The notes beneath the pieces were generated by a model, which was given only the letters and a program-made list of their open reading frames with translations, made no database searches and had not been told where the DNA came from. From contig JBAZLI010000001.1 in the NCBI GenBank assembly GCA_041650355.1, positions 1 to 43,502 on the forward strand: a stretch of DNA of 43,502 bases, in the 5' to 3' direction. This document shows, piece by piece, positions 28,401 through 35,354 of the stretch; the first letter of the stretch is position 1; every line of letters begins with the position of its first letter. The translations under genes and the position numbers were made by a program. The stretch comes from Candidatus Micrarchaeia archaeon (lineage in GTDB: Archaea > Micrarchaeota > Micrarchaeia > Anstonellales > Bilamarchaeaceae).

Positions 28401-30386
28401 TGGCGGAAAATAATCGAAATTTATTATCCTGTTTTTGTTTATCGTGGCGTCTTGGGAGTTGTTGAGCAGAATCCCAATGTCAACGCTGGAGATGTTGTTG
28501 AAGCTTACACCCAGGTTGGAGGAATCGGAGCCTGCGATCGCTATCCACGCGCGGTCGATGACATTGGAGGTTACTTCGCTCTGGGAAGAGAGGTTGAGGA
28601 GCACGCTTATGTTCGAGATGTTCATTATGGAGTTCGAGCGCACGTAGACTTTCGAGCGGAAGGCGCTGATGCCTGCTTTGCTCAGCCCCACCTCACTGCT
28701 GGAGATGGTGCTGGTTCCTGAATCCGTGAGGTTCACGGCTATTTCGCTGTTGTTGTAAAGCGCTGACGAATCCACCGTGAGCTGGGACTGCTCGGCGTAA
28801 ATCCCTACTACGCTCTTCGTTATGGTGCTTCCGTTTACCATGCTGCCCCCGGAATCCAGCAGAACTAGCGAATGCTGCGGAAAGACAGGGGAAAGCATGG
28901 ACATATGGTCGGTAACGGTTGTTCTCATCATTTTGAAGCCCGGGGAGTTGTTCACTAAAACCCCCAGGGAGCTGTGGTTCACCAGGGTGTCGTTAAGGTC
29001 GAAATCCGCGGAATCCTGTATGCGCACGTTTATTGCAGGCACGTTCGCAACCGTGGAGGATGAAAGCGAGGATTGCGGCGAATCAACAGCAACAAATCCC
29101 TCCGTGGAGCCGTTCAGCCACGCGCCGGAAACGCTGGTTTTTAGTGAATTGTTAAGCAAGATCGTATAGCAGATGCCCGGCCCTGTCGGCATCGGAATCC
29201 TGACTTTGGAAATTGCTCCTTCCTGGGAATCCGCCGAATATATGCCAGAGCTAAAAGGCTGAGTGCTGCAAGGCACCCCTGAGATATTGGTGTTGATTAC
29301 GAAAAACTTATTTGAAGATATGATTGAAAAGCCGAAATCCGCGGAGCTCGCATTTGAATCGGAAATTCCGCAATTTTCGCAACTGTACAAAAGGCCGAAC
29401 GCGGACGGCGCTTCCGTGTATTGCAGGTTAAAAATTTTGGAACCCGAGATATGGACATTCTCGGAATCTTCCGTAACAAAGCCGTAAGCGCTTTGGGAGA
29501 TGCTGCTTGCTGAAACCGAAACGCCTTTGGAGGATCGGATGTTCAGCCCTGAAAAAATATTGAGCGAGAGGTTGCAGGATGACATTGCAATTCCATCATA
29601 GTTAAGGACGTAAACTCCGGTTTCCTCATTGGAATAGAAGCTTGAGCGGGCTATTTCCGCGTCCGAGCCAGAACCTGACAGACGCAGGCCCTCCTTGTTT
29701 TCATAAAATTGTGAGTCGTATATTTTTAGGCTCGACATGCCGTTTATGTCTGCACCGGCAAAGGTGCTATGGAAGAACGATGAACGGGATATCGTAAGGC
29801 CGCTGAGGTCGCCAGAAAACGTCGAAAGGCCGTACCTGAAACCGGACACGCTGCAGTTCTCAACGGTGACCCCTGAGCCTCGGACAAATATGCCGTAGCC
29901 GCACGAGCCGGAGCAGGCAATTTGTTTGTTGTTGCAGTTCAATGTCAAATCAGTGGCGTTTATTTCAAGGCAGGTTCCGCTGTCTGCAGACAAACTGTTG
30001 GCCAGCGTGCACGTCCTTCCGCTGCTTGAAGATTCTATCTTTCCGCAGGAAGTGAGCGGAACGTCGAAGTGGTTGGAGCTGCTATAGCCCATTATATTCT
30101 GCCCTCCGGAATCGGTGTAATTGCACACCACCTCCCATTCGTGGCGGCACGGCCCTATATTGCTGTAGTTGAACGTGCAATTCTGGCTCACGTTGCACAC
30201 CTGATATGCAGATATCACCGTTCCGTCCAGGGTTAGGTTGCATGTAACGTTGGTGGCCCCTGGAAAATCCATGGGGGTCCAGTTGAACGCCACGTCAGCG
30301 CCCTGCGCAGGGCTGCCAGGGGTTGTGAATGTCCTGGCCACGTATGCCGAGTGGGAAAACGCGCAAAGCAGTATGAGCAAGAGCAA
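22407..30386 (-). CDS. Giant single-pass membrane protein: signal peptide, Cys-rich parallel beta-helix ectodomain, one TM, 1428-aa Cys-free cytoplasmic domain
   Basis: 2659-aa uninterrupted ORF with a TTG start and a hydrophobic leader. PbH1/NosD-like repeats span about aa 140-760. Further beta-rich Cys-containing modules run to aa ~1190. The TM is LCIPIFILFGLLMAALYYTG (nt 26694-26753). The tail begins Gly/Met/Lys-rich, continues as a long helical K/E/Q-rich domain and ends in a Pro/Gln-rich terminus. Confidence 0.85.
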   Translation of the reverse strand: MLLLILLCAFSHSAYVARTFTTPGSPAQGADVAFNWTPMDFPGATNVTCNLTLDGTVISAYQVCNVSQNCTFNYSNIGPCRHEWEVVCNYTDSGGQNIMGYSSSNHFDVPLTSCGKIESSSSGRTCTLANSLSADSGTCLEINATDLTLNCNNKQIACSGSCGYGIFVRGSGVTVENCSVSGFRYGLSTFSGDLSGLTISRSSFFHSTFAGADINGMSSLKIYDSQFYENKEGLRLSGSGSDAEIARSSFYSNEETGVYVLNYDGIAMSSCNLSLNIFSGLNIRSSKGVSVSASSISQSAYGFVTEDSENVHISGSKIFNLQYTEAPSAFGLLYSCENCGISDSNASSADFGFSIISSNKFFVINTNISGVPCSTQPFSSGIYSADSQEGAISKVRIPMPTGPGICYTILLNNSLKTSVSGAWLNGSTEGFVAVDSPQSSLSSSTVANVPAINVRIQDSADFDLNDTLVNHSSLGVLVNNSPGFKMMRTTVTDHMSMLSPVFPQHSLVLLDSGGSMVNGSTITKSVVGIYAEQSQLTVDSSALYNNSEIAVNLTDSGTSTISSSEVGLSKAGISAFRSKVYVRSNSIMNISNISVLLNLSSQSEVTSNVIDRAWIAIAGSDSSNLGVSFNNISSVDIGILLNNSQDATINKNRIINFDYFPPKYGNPEFEPENILAAGIFASYSPRLVVSRNTVMENFWDGAVQLFDCPDSDLWSNNFSMAGTCMSLFNCSHSSFYDNRFNDCRVFVDNESTDMAASITPSGGTNILGCGTKGGNAWTSSSSTGVSDTCENLDGDCFCDYPPSVAAGEYLNDSHPLAVHEGSDFTVRPDSMNGRALDARERYDRKEYVAATQEPNQLITFSILTKVPGNYACHLMPPLSGSDSLGVNETVGIGGISTARAEGCYPLVVNCSYSPAPTVSKLSKPAYFCVDRTVPTIEFGQRSQAKSRIYNPYDGETVNSSTFTLNLSASDNNRHTFISACVIEVWNQTSSELMGNMSFEPTNSGAFQYCSINVKLGNGEFRYRVFALDSAENYDGTGYRTVIVNGHPSGCDECENVNDFDPSTILLTTQSGANKIKAVLYFDNASTGTRQPVPGAPIAVWIRNSTDRYLTKIVTDGQGVAYLDYSGWKDARKEYSFIYCCFYEECGFEMCLNASGVDDAYRDANGIYSVDTIPTMPNQPEASMERHYLLPALKKIDISPDAQDLYAQLQQSLCIPIFILFGLLMAALYYTGRNPFGFLDLSPLRVGRHIRYSPRGMMTGFRVSTQTMAGVGTRVGSSAVKPMAGPTSGLGKTMMSVGKTMGRIASFGIGGDKSKSKDSAAASKQDAGAGKQAAGTQAKGPGFFVRFVKQTIKQESAPFRNIKNLVAPSAESKGVGLGSRLAMTLFGGDISAAGAKIAQGGPAKPVSKVQDSAASQLRVDPNMARQFGMGTGAGAGWIGMLGFLGMRGAALSSLAGIVYQSMDAARKKSVAYGDTTEIEKQLGAIGVKLSDKQRSELGNLGLKSNRSITLAGPRGTTYIASLAKGGKIRVQEQASFSRQIFRFITALTGFSSLMEMKDTVKAVRLVNSIDRDVNQKLIEAKQTPEKLNSEQLARIKAGEDPITHLEALQMRYNQTNKGGSGMVSDNVYRVAQELLNQRAYMQGLSFGRAFGSVFATTAVGSIFGTMLASSVANKIYNRSMNEAQAEKIMRDAKLIGKDGIADSEKIRDFLADPAVYAKKHGLYLGQVAQAFDVFSENFKKARQEATPVLNEIMLPELLIKPELRLESSVLNASLVRSKASKPLISIIKDIVAEKIPAQSELESKIATAKLNETEANFARISFSLMRQEPITIRQFEQLSVAQKALGIESPALDAVSSGLKKRVDEILTASPAEQSRIIFEQESRSFLQSRGISYQEFQKASEALVQQLVTAGQAKADYSYPNEGARSVIDGLVKSMSQQLDEKDSETVGRMMADAANHSISETRVNQKIVTTFVDLLAMGARLPKTQRTKFETAVFSAFFRTSLTKDEQTAIEQELKTQGFSKIEIGNRIEQIEDGMRTRSKEFFNTYDERIKENPQNLTGAIDQAMKQTKDEDSKLQAALYGLSHGLADSVLYSTQSAKELSKKLTEASGSQQYIVPLQKEPEQYLSQQLSVERHAEPDYTSANAHMAQRMWNYGDEKKDKAALQNYLSVEWLAENAPNMAAAMLKDEARDAARKYMEKHASDAHEETITYSVPHSAAARIEQKVNQSAQTTSLEMAVDIALDNSKPDEKSEVRIRNNGGILEFLVPQDAKGKAEWQNAEELKAENSGLIQSVLSAAGMPKTDLFAPKLAGVPTFGDILKQMLDPKSESAKPISISPQFHAQSYRYERDKLVVGPEVEIQYLKPEEPPIIYIGGEQYDLKNSSHRDALASAVNLNSRGQLPKPEALARTIVTENYTDKGEQSGDVPVRLEPEKITVFEGSRGRRLERDDAGDRFLLANLVKEAKTVKGAEPEPKPAVDVAILAERLKDRKLFNSAVEFVTAPETFTINLSSPAGETLAPVTVGKSGPVSNPESADYTRAGFNLVHGHKPSKEESAAIEQSAPVGALYKASAAYDSARLAYEYESEREKKRSYLAHMGIGSLDNEELFKQPASRMPDFEINMVNLVQPKSRPPQPPQAETPSAQPAASAKPTITQSPKGK
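28107..29969 (-). repeat. Right-handed parallel beta-helix (PbH1-type) repeat region within the giant protein
   Basis: Segments of ~22-25 aa recur with the pattern (N/S)xx(I/V)xxSx(I/F/V)xxNxxxG(I/V), for example ENCSVSGFRYGLS, ISRSSFFHSTFAGADI and IARSSFYSNEETGVYV. Confidence 0.7.
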
Positions 30387-30402
30387 TATTTTCTTTATGT
30401 CA

Positions 30403-33400
30403 TCACCCGGTCTTGCATTCTATAAGGTAATCCTTTATCGGGAGCTGGACGCCGCAGAACTCGCCGCTGTCTTTGTTGAGCCCGCAGTCCAGAGACTCAT
30501 TCCCGGATTTCGGGAAGCGCACAGGTGTCACGGTCATGCCCTCCCCGACGCTCTTGCTGTAAGTGTAATTGTAGATCTGGCTGGTCTGTGGGTCCACATA
30601 GCTCAGGCAGCATCTTTGCTCCTTGGGCATGCTCGCGATTATGTCCCCGTAGAGCTGGTCGAGCTCATTTATCTGGAACAGGGCGGTGCTGGTGCTGTCG
30701 TCCGGGTATGTGTAGGTGCAGCTGAGTTTCGCGTCGCCGTAGTTTGCGCAAGGCGTGCACGGCTCAACCGCGGTGTTGAACTGGCATCTGTAGCCGTCGT
30801 GGGAAGCTGCGCCCGCGGGAAGCGTGCATTCCACTCCGTTCTCGCAGGCCGGGTCGCACTGGCCGAATTGGATTTCAGTGTCCGTGCACTTGACGCACTT
30901 CGCCTCGTCGCTGGTGCTCGCGACCGTTGCTATCTCGTTTACCAGCGTCTTCCTCTTTATCGGATTGAGGTAGATGTTTATGGCTTTCTGGATTGCGCAG
31001 AACTTTTCATCCTTGAACGTGGGCGGCCTGCCGGAAGAGCCGGCCATGGGGGTTACGAGAGATTCGTTGTCGTTCCTGAACCATTTCTTGTAAAAGAGCG
31101 CGAACTGCCCGCTGTTCACCAAGTCGGTTTGGTTGCCCAGCAGGTATTTCATCGCACTTAGGGTATCGTTGTACGCTTCCCAGCCATTGGCACTGTCGTC
31201 TATAACGAAGTTGTACGGGAAGCTTGGCTTCCCGAAATTGGCGAGCATGTTCCTGCTAGTCTCTGTGGAGGCGTCCAGTATGGCCTTTTCCCTGTCCGCG
31301 CCAGCGGCATCGTTGGCCCTGAAATCGTACACTATGACGTCTACGTAATATCCGGCCGGGACGCTGGTTGCAGAGCAGGAGTACGGGCTGTTGCATCCGA
31401 GCGCCTTCGCGAGCTTGGTCACGTTCGCGTTTTGGGAATACACTGCTGCAAGGCAGTTCGGGCAGTTCCCCTGCTCCTTGAGCATGATGGAGCGGTTCCT
31501 GAGCACGAGCTGGTCCATGTCGTCCGTGCCTATTATGACTATGGATGCGCTGTTGCCTATCGCGCGGCCGAGGAAATGGTAGTAGCCGGTCCAGTTGCAG
31601 GTCATATGCTTAACGTTGTAGGACCACCATCCCAGTTCAACGGCCTGCTCTCCTTCAGTCCCTTCTGGCGGGTCCGCGTAAGAATCGCCCCCGGGCGAGC
31701 CGAACTCGCCCATGTCGTAATTGCTTTCTGCCCCTGACGCGGTTATTGGGGAGGGGCATTTGATTTTCTCGTCGTATTTGCGCGGGTTCCTGTTGGTGGC
31801 GCAGTCGGTTTCCTCATCCTCGAAGAAAGGAGATGCGTCAGGGACATAGTAGAAATAGTTCCCGAGAAGGATGTTCCTGATGGAGCTTTCCATGTCATCC
31901 ACATAGGGCTCTATGTCCTGGGCGCGTATGCGGCAGTTGTGGTAAGTCTCGTAGGTGCCTGACTGGGCTTCCGCATAACCCAGGGTTCCGTTCACGTACC
32001 AGACCACTGGTATAACTCCTGCTTTGTGGTAGTTGTCCACCCGGTTCCTGAGCAGTGCCAGGTTCTCCATGTAATCATTTACCTTCTTTCCGCAGAGCTC
32101 GCAGCCGCCCATGTCGTCCATCACTCCCACTGCTACTCCCTGCATGTCGTTGCACGTGGTCGCAGGGCAGTTGAAGACATAGGGGAGCGTCTGCCCTGTG
32201 GAAGGAATGACGCGCTGGTATTTCTTGAAATAGTAATCCAGGTCTATCCCAACCATGGTGGCGAGGGTGCATGAGTCGCACCAGCCGTATGTGTTGTCCA
32301 GCTTCAGGAAGCTGTCTATCGCGAGGCCGAAAACCCCATCATCGGGCTTGCACGCCCCTAAATCCGAGATGTTTATTTTCTGCCCGCCTTCGCCGGCCGC
32401 CACATTGTACCCGGGATGGCAGGAGCGGTAGAGGAACGTCTGGGTGAAATTGTCCTCGTTCATGTACGCTTCCCCTATCGCGTTGCCGTGTTCGCTCTTG
32501 TTCGTGAAAAACAAGATGGGGTCCGCGTCCTTTACCGTGCCGTCCGCGGAGGTGTACGTGGCGCGCTCGACGCCCCACGTGTCGTTCACCATGTAGGGCT
32601 CGCAGTAAACTGCGTTTCCAGGCCTGGCCCTCATTCCAACTTCGTAGCAGAGGCAGTTTTTTAGGCCGTTGCTGCTGTCTACGCAGAAGGAGCGCTCGTA
32701 GCCTGAATCTTCTTTCATGCACAGCCCGGAAAGGCAGTCCCCGGAACTGCTGCACTCGAAGTCCATCATTTCAGTGGAATCCATGCTGGAGGCATCCGCA
32801 AGATAGGCTTCGAGAAGGTTTTCCTTGTAGAACCTGTTGGCTGGCATCACGTAAGAGGTAGCGAACTGACCTGTGCCCTCGGTGAACGTGGTCATCACGT
32901 ACTGGCCGCTGGGCGCAGGTGCGAAATCCAGGTTTCCATCCTGGCTGCATACTGAGCGGTTGTTGAGCGTGCACGGGTCGAAGCGCCTCGGGTCTCCGGA
33001 AAAGTCCAGGCGGAAGCCGTCGTACGAGTAGGAGAAGGTGCCTGACTGGGCGCCACTGGCACTGCACTGCCCCGGAAGCTGGATTGCACCGCCTGTTGTC
33101 GAGGCTGAACCAAGGCTGCAGGCGCCGCCGCTGAAGCCAGCAGTGAGCGTCAGCGAACCCGGCTCGAAATGACCTGGAAGGACTTCCAATTCGTGCCATT
33201 CGCCGTGCTGGAAGTCCCCGGAAGTAGTGGACGGCCCCTTGCCGCCGATAAACGAGGGGTTGCTTGCCTGGCAGTTGTCGTGCCACCATTTTTCATCCAG
33301 CGGCGTGTCGCCGGTGTTGAACGCGGTATCCGTAACGAGGAGATGCGCCCCGTCAGCTTTGTAATCGACCATTATGTATATCAGTTCATCTGTGCAGAGC

Positions 33401-34281
33401 TGGCCGTTCCCGCTTCCGCTCACGTGCGTCTGTGTGTAGGATGCGCCCGCGCCAGCACTAAGGTTCAGATAGTTCATGTACCTGTCTCTTATGCTGCACA
33501 TAGCATCCTCGGCTGCCCCCGGCAGGTCAGGCACGAAGCCGCACCACCTGTCGCTTAGAGGGAAATAGTACCTTCCCTCTTCAAAATCGGAAATGCTTTC
33601 CCCGATTCCGAACCTGTATGAGTTTACGAATATCCCGCTCCCCTTCTTGAGTTTCTTCATGGTCTTGTTGTCTAAAGTGTAGAAGTTGCACATCGCGTTA
33701 TATAGATTAATAGTGTACGAAGAGCCGAGGTTCTGGTACATGGGGTTCTTCGCGGGCTCTGGAAGGAAGGAGTGCTGGGGCGAGTATTTTATGTTCCCGC
33801 ACAGCATGGTCTTGCAATCCGTATCAATGCCCATCTCGCTGCGCTCGGTGCAAATCGGAACCGAGTAATTGTAACTCTGGTCCGGCGCGCTCTCGTTCAC
33901 CGCGTTTATGAAGCAATAGCCGATGTTGTTGCACGGGTGCGAAGTGTTCGAGGGGGAATAGTTGCTGCAGTCCAGCACGCTGTATCCTGAAGTGGTGTAT
34001 TTGATGTATATTGTTTCGTTGCGCCCAGGGGTGGAATTCGCGAGCGTGCAGAACCGCGTCGTGCATTTCAGCCCGTTCGAGAGCGTGTTCCCGTTGCACA
34101 ATTCCTCAGACCCTGAGGAATCAGGAGGGTCGTCAGGGCCTGGCTGTGTGTAGAGGTTGCACGTGCCCTGGAGCGCGTCCGCGAGCTTGCAGCACGGGCC
34201 GTTCATGTTCGGCGTGAAACAGCCCAGGAGCAGGAGCAGGGCGAAAGCCGAAACTGCGAGCGCAATCCTTCCCATGGTCAT
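30403..34281 (-). CDS. Large Cys-rich secreted protein with lipobox-like signal
   Basis: ATG 34281 overlaps the upstream stop (ATGA). The N-terminus MTMGRIALAVSAFALLLLLGC looks like a signal peptide with a lipobox-like Cys. The protein is ~1292 aa with about 60 Cys by manual count, many N-x-S/T sequons and no other TM. The 80 upstream ORF codons were rejected. Confidence 0.8.
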   Translation of the reverse strand: MTMGRIALAVSAFALLLLLGCFTPNMNGPCCKLADALQGTCNLYTQPGPDDPPDSSGSEELCNGNTLSNGLKCTTRFCTLANSTPGRNETIYIKYTTSGYSVLDCSNYSPSNTSHPCNNIGYCFINAVNESAPDQSYNYSVPICTERSEMGIDTDCKTMLCGNIKYSPQHSFLPEPAKNPMYQNLGSSYTINLYNAMCNFYTLDNKTMKKLKKGSGIFVNSYRFGIGESISDFEEGRYYFPLSDRWCGFVPDLPGAAEDAMCSIRDRYMNYLNLSAGAGASYTQTHVSGSGNGQLCTDELIYIMVDYKADGAHLLVTDTAFNTGDTPLDEKWWHDNCQASNPSFIGGKGPSTTSGDFQHGEWHELEVLPGHFEPGSLTLTAGFSGGACSLGSASTTGGAIQLPGQCSASGAQSGTFSYSYDGFRLDFSGDPRRFDPCTLNNRSVCSQDGNLDFAPAPSGQYVMTTFTEGTGQFATSYVMPANRFYKENLLEAYLADASSMDSTEMMDFECSSSGDCLSGLCMKEDSGYERSFCVDSSNGLKNCLCYEVGMRARPGNAVYCEPYMVNDTWGVERATYTSADGTVKDADPILFFTNKSEHGNAIGEAYMNEDNFTQTFLYRSCHPGYNVAAGEGGQKINISDLGACKPDDGVFGLAIDSFLKLDNTYGWCDSCTLATMVGIDLDYYFKKYQRVIPSTGQTLPYVFNCPATTCNDMQGVAVGVMDDMGGCELCGKKVNDYMENLALLRNRVDNYHKAGVIPVVWYVNGTLGYAEAQSGTYETYHNCRIRAQDIEPYVDDMESSIRNILLGNYFYYVPDASPFFEDEETDCATNRNPRKYDEKIKCPSPITASGAESNYDMGEFGSPGGDSYADPPEGTEGEQAVELGWWSYNVKHMTCNWTGYYHFLGRAIGNSASIVIIGTDDMDQLVLRNRSIMLKEQGNCPNCLAAVYSQNANVTKLAKALGCNSPYSCSATSVPAGYYVDVIVYDFRANDAAGADREKAILDASTETSRNMLANFGKPSFPYNFVIDDSANGWEAYNDTLSAMKYLLGNQTDLVNSGQFALFYKKWFRNDNESLVTPMAGSSGRPPTFKDEKFCAIQKAINIYLNPIKRKTLVNEIATVASTSDEAKCVKCTDTEIQFGQCDPACENGVECTLPAGAASHDGYRCQFNTAVEPCTPCANYGDAKLSCTYTYPDDSTSTALFQINELDQLYGDIIASMPKEQRCCLSYVDPQTSQIYNYTYSKSVGEGMTVTPVRFPKSGNESLDCGLNKDSGEFCGVQLPIKDYLIECKTG

Positions 34282-35354
34282 ATCACTCTCGATGCAAGCC
34301 TGTAAATCTCCTGGCTCTCCCCTCCGAACAACGTCGTTAGATAGCGCACGAATATCAGCGTTATGCTTAAAATCACTATTGGCTGGAGTATGAGGCCGTA
34401 ATAGAGCTTGGACAGTTCCGCGGCGCCCTCGTTTATGCTCACTGCACCGAAAAAGTCCGAGCCGGTCTGGGTCTGGGGCGCCATGGTAATTATGGATACC
34501 GCGCCGCTGAAGGTGGGCCACGGGAAAGTGATTGCCGAGGGGTCGGAAAGGTCCACGTACATGCCCGGCACCTTGATGAAGCTCGGGTCGGTTATCACGA
34601 ACAGGAACGGGAAGATTATGTAGAAGCCCAGGGCTAGCGCTATGAAGAACGCGCCTATGCCCCGCGTGAACGGTATCGCGCGCAGCACTATCCCTATGGG
34701 GAGGAACATTGTGAGCATGTTCGCTGAGATGTAATGTATCGCTCCTATATAGGCGTTCAGCGCTATCAGGAGGAGCACGGATATGTGCGCCAGCATGCGG
34801 TAGCTTTCAATCTGGGTATAAAGCTGCGAGATTTGGGTCTGCCAGATGTAGGCGCCCTGCATGTATATCGGTATCCCGAAAAGGCCCCACATGAGCCCGA
34901 ATTTCTTGAACGGGTCGCGGGCTGAGAAATATATGCGCTCGTAGAGCATGGTCATGTAGGTCGCTTTCTCGGTGAGCTTGCATTCCACGAAGTCGAACGG
35001 ATTGACTCCGCTGGAAAGCTCTATCTTGCCGTACATGTCGCAGCTCACGCTGGCTCCGCTGAAATAGAGCAGCATGACCTGGAAAATGCCGTTCAGTATC
35101 ACGAGCACCATCACCGCGAGGAGCGCGGTGAAGAGCGCGTCGTAGAGGTGGCTCTTCGTGCTCCGCTTGAGCTCCTCCACGTTGAACGCGTAGGCCAGCA
35201 TGTACACGAGCCCGTAGAAGAAAATCACCACCATCATGGACAGCACTACCATGGTGCCCCAGCCGCCCATCCAGTCCACGAACTCGGTGCCTGAAAACCC
35301 GGTTATCACACCGCCAAGGCCGGTTTCTGGACTAGGGTAATAAGACATAATCAC
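34278..35354 (-). CDS. Polytopic membrane protein, paralog F of the cluster family
   Basis: 358 aa and multi-TM. It has the family signature LPIGIVLRAIPFTRGIGAFFIALALGFYIIFP and the C-terminal tail GGESQEIYRLASRVI. GTG 35354 overlaps the upstream stop; an alternative ATG is at 35348. Confidence 0.8.
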   Translation of the reverse strand: MIMSYYPSPETGLGGVITGFSGTEFVDWMGGWGTMVVLSMMVVIFFYGLVYMLAYAFNVEELKRSTKSHLYDALFTALLAVMVLVILNGIFQVMLLYFSGASVSCDMYGKIELSSGVNPFDFVECKLTEKATYMTMLYERIYFSARDPFKKFGLMWGLFGIPIYMQGAYIWQTQISQLYTQIESYRMLAHISVLLLIALNAYIGAIHYISANMLTMFLPIGIVLRAIPFTRGIGAFFIALALGFYIIFPFLFVITDPSFIKVPGMYVDLSDPSAITFPWPTFSGAVSIITMAPQTQTGSDFFGAVSINEGAAELSKLYYGLILQPIVILSITLIFVRYLTTLFGGESQEIYRLASRVI

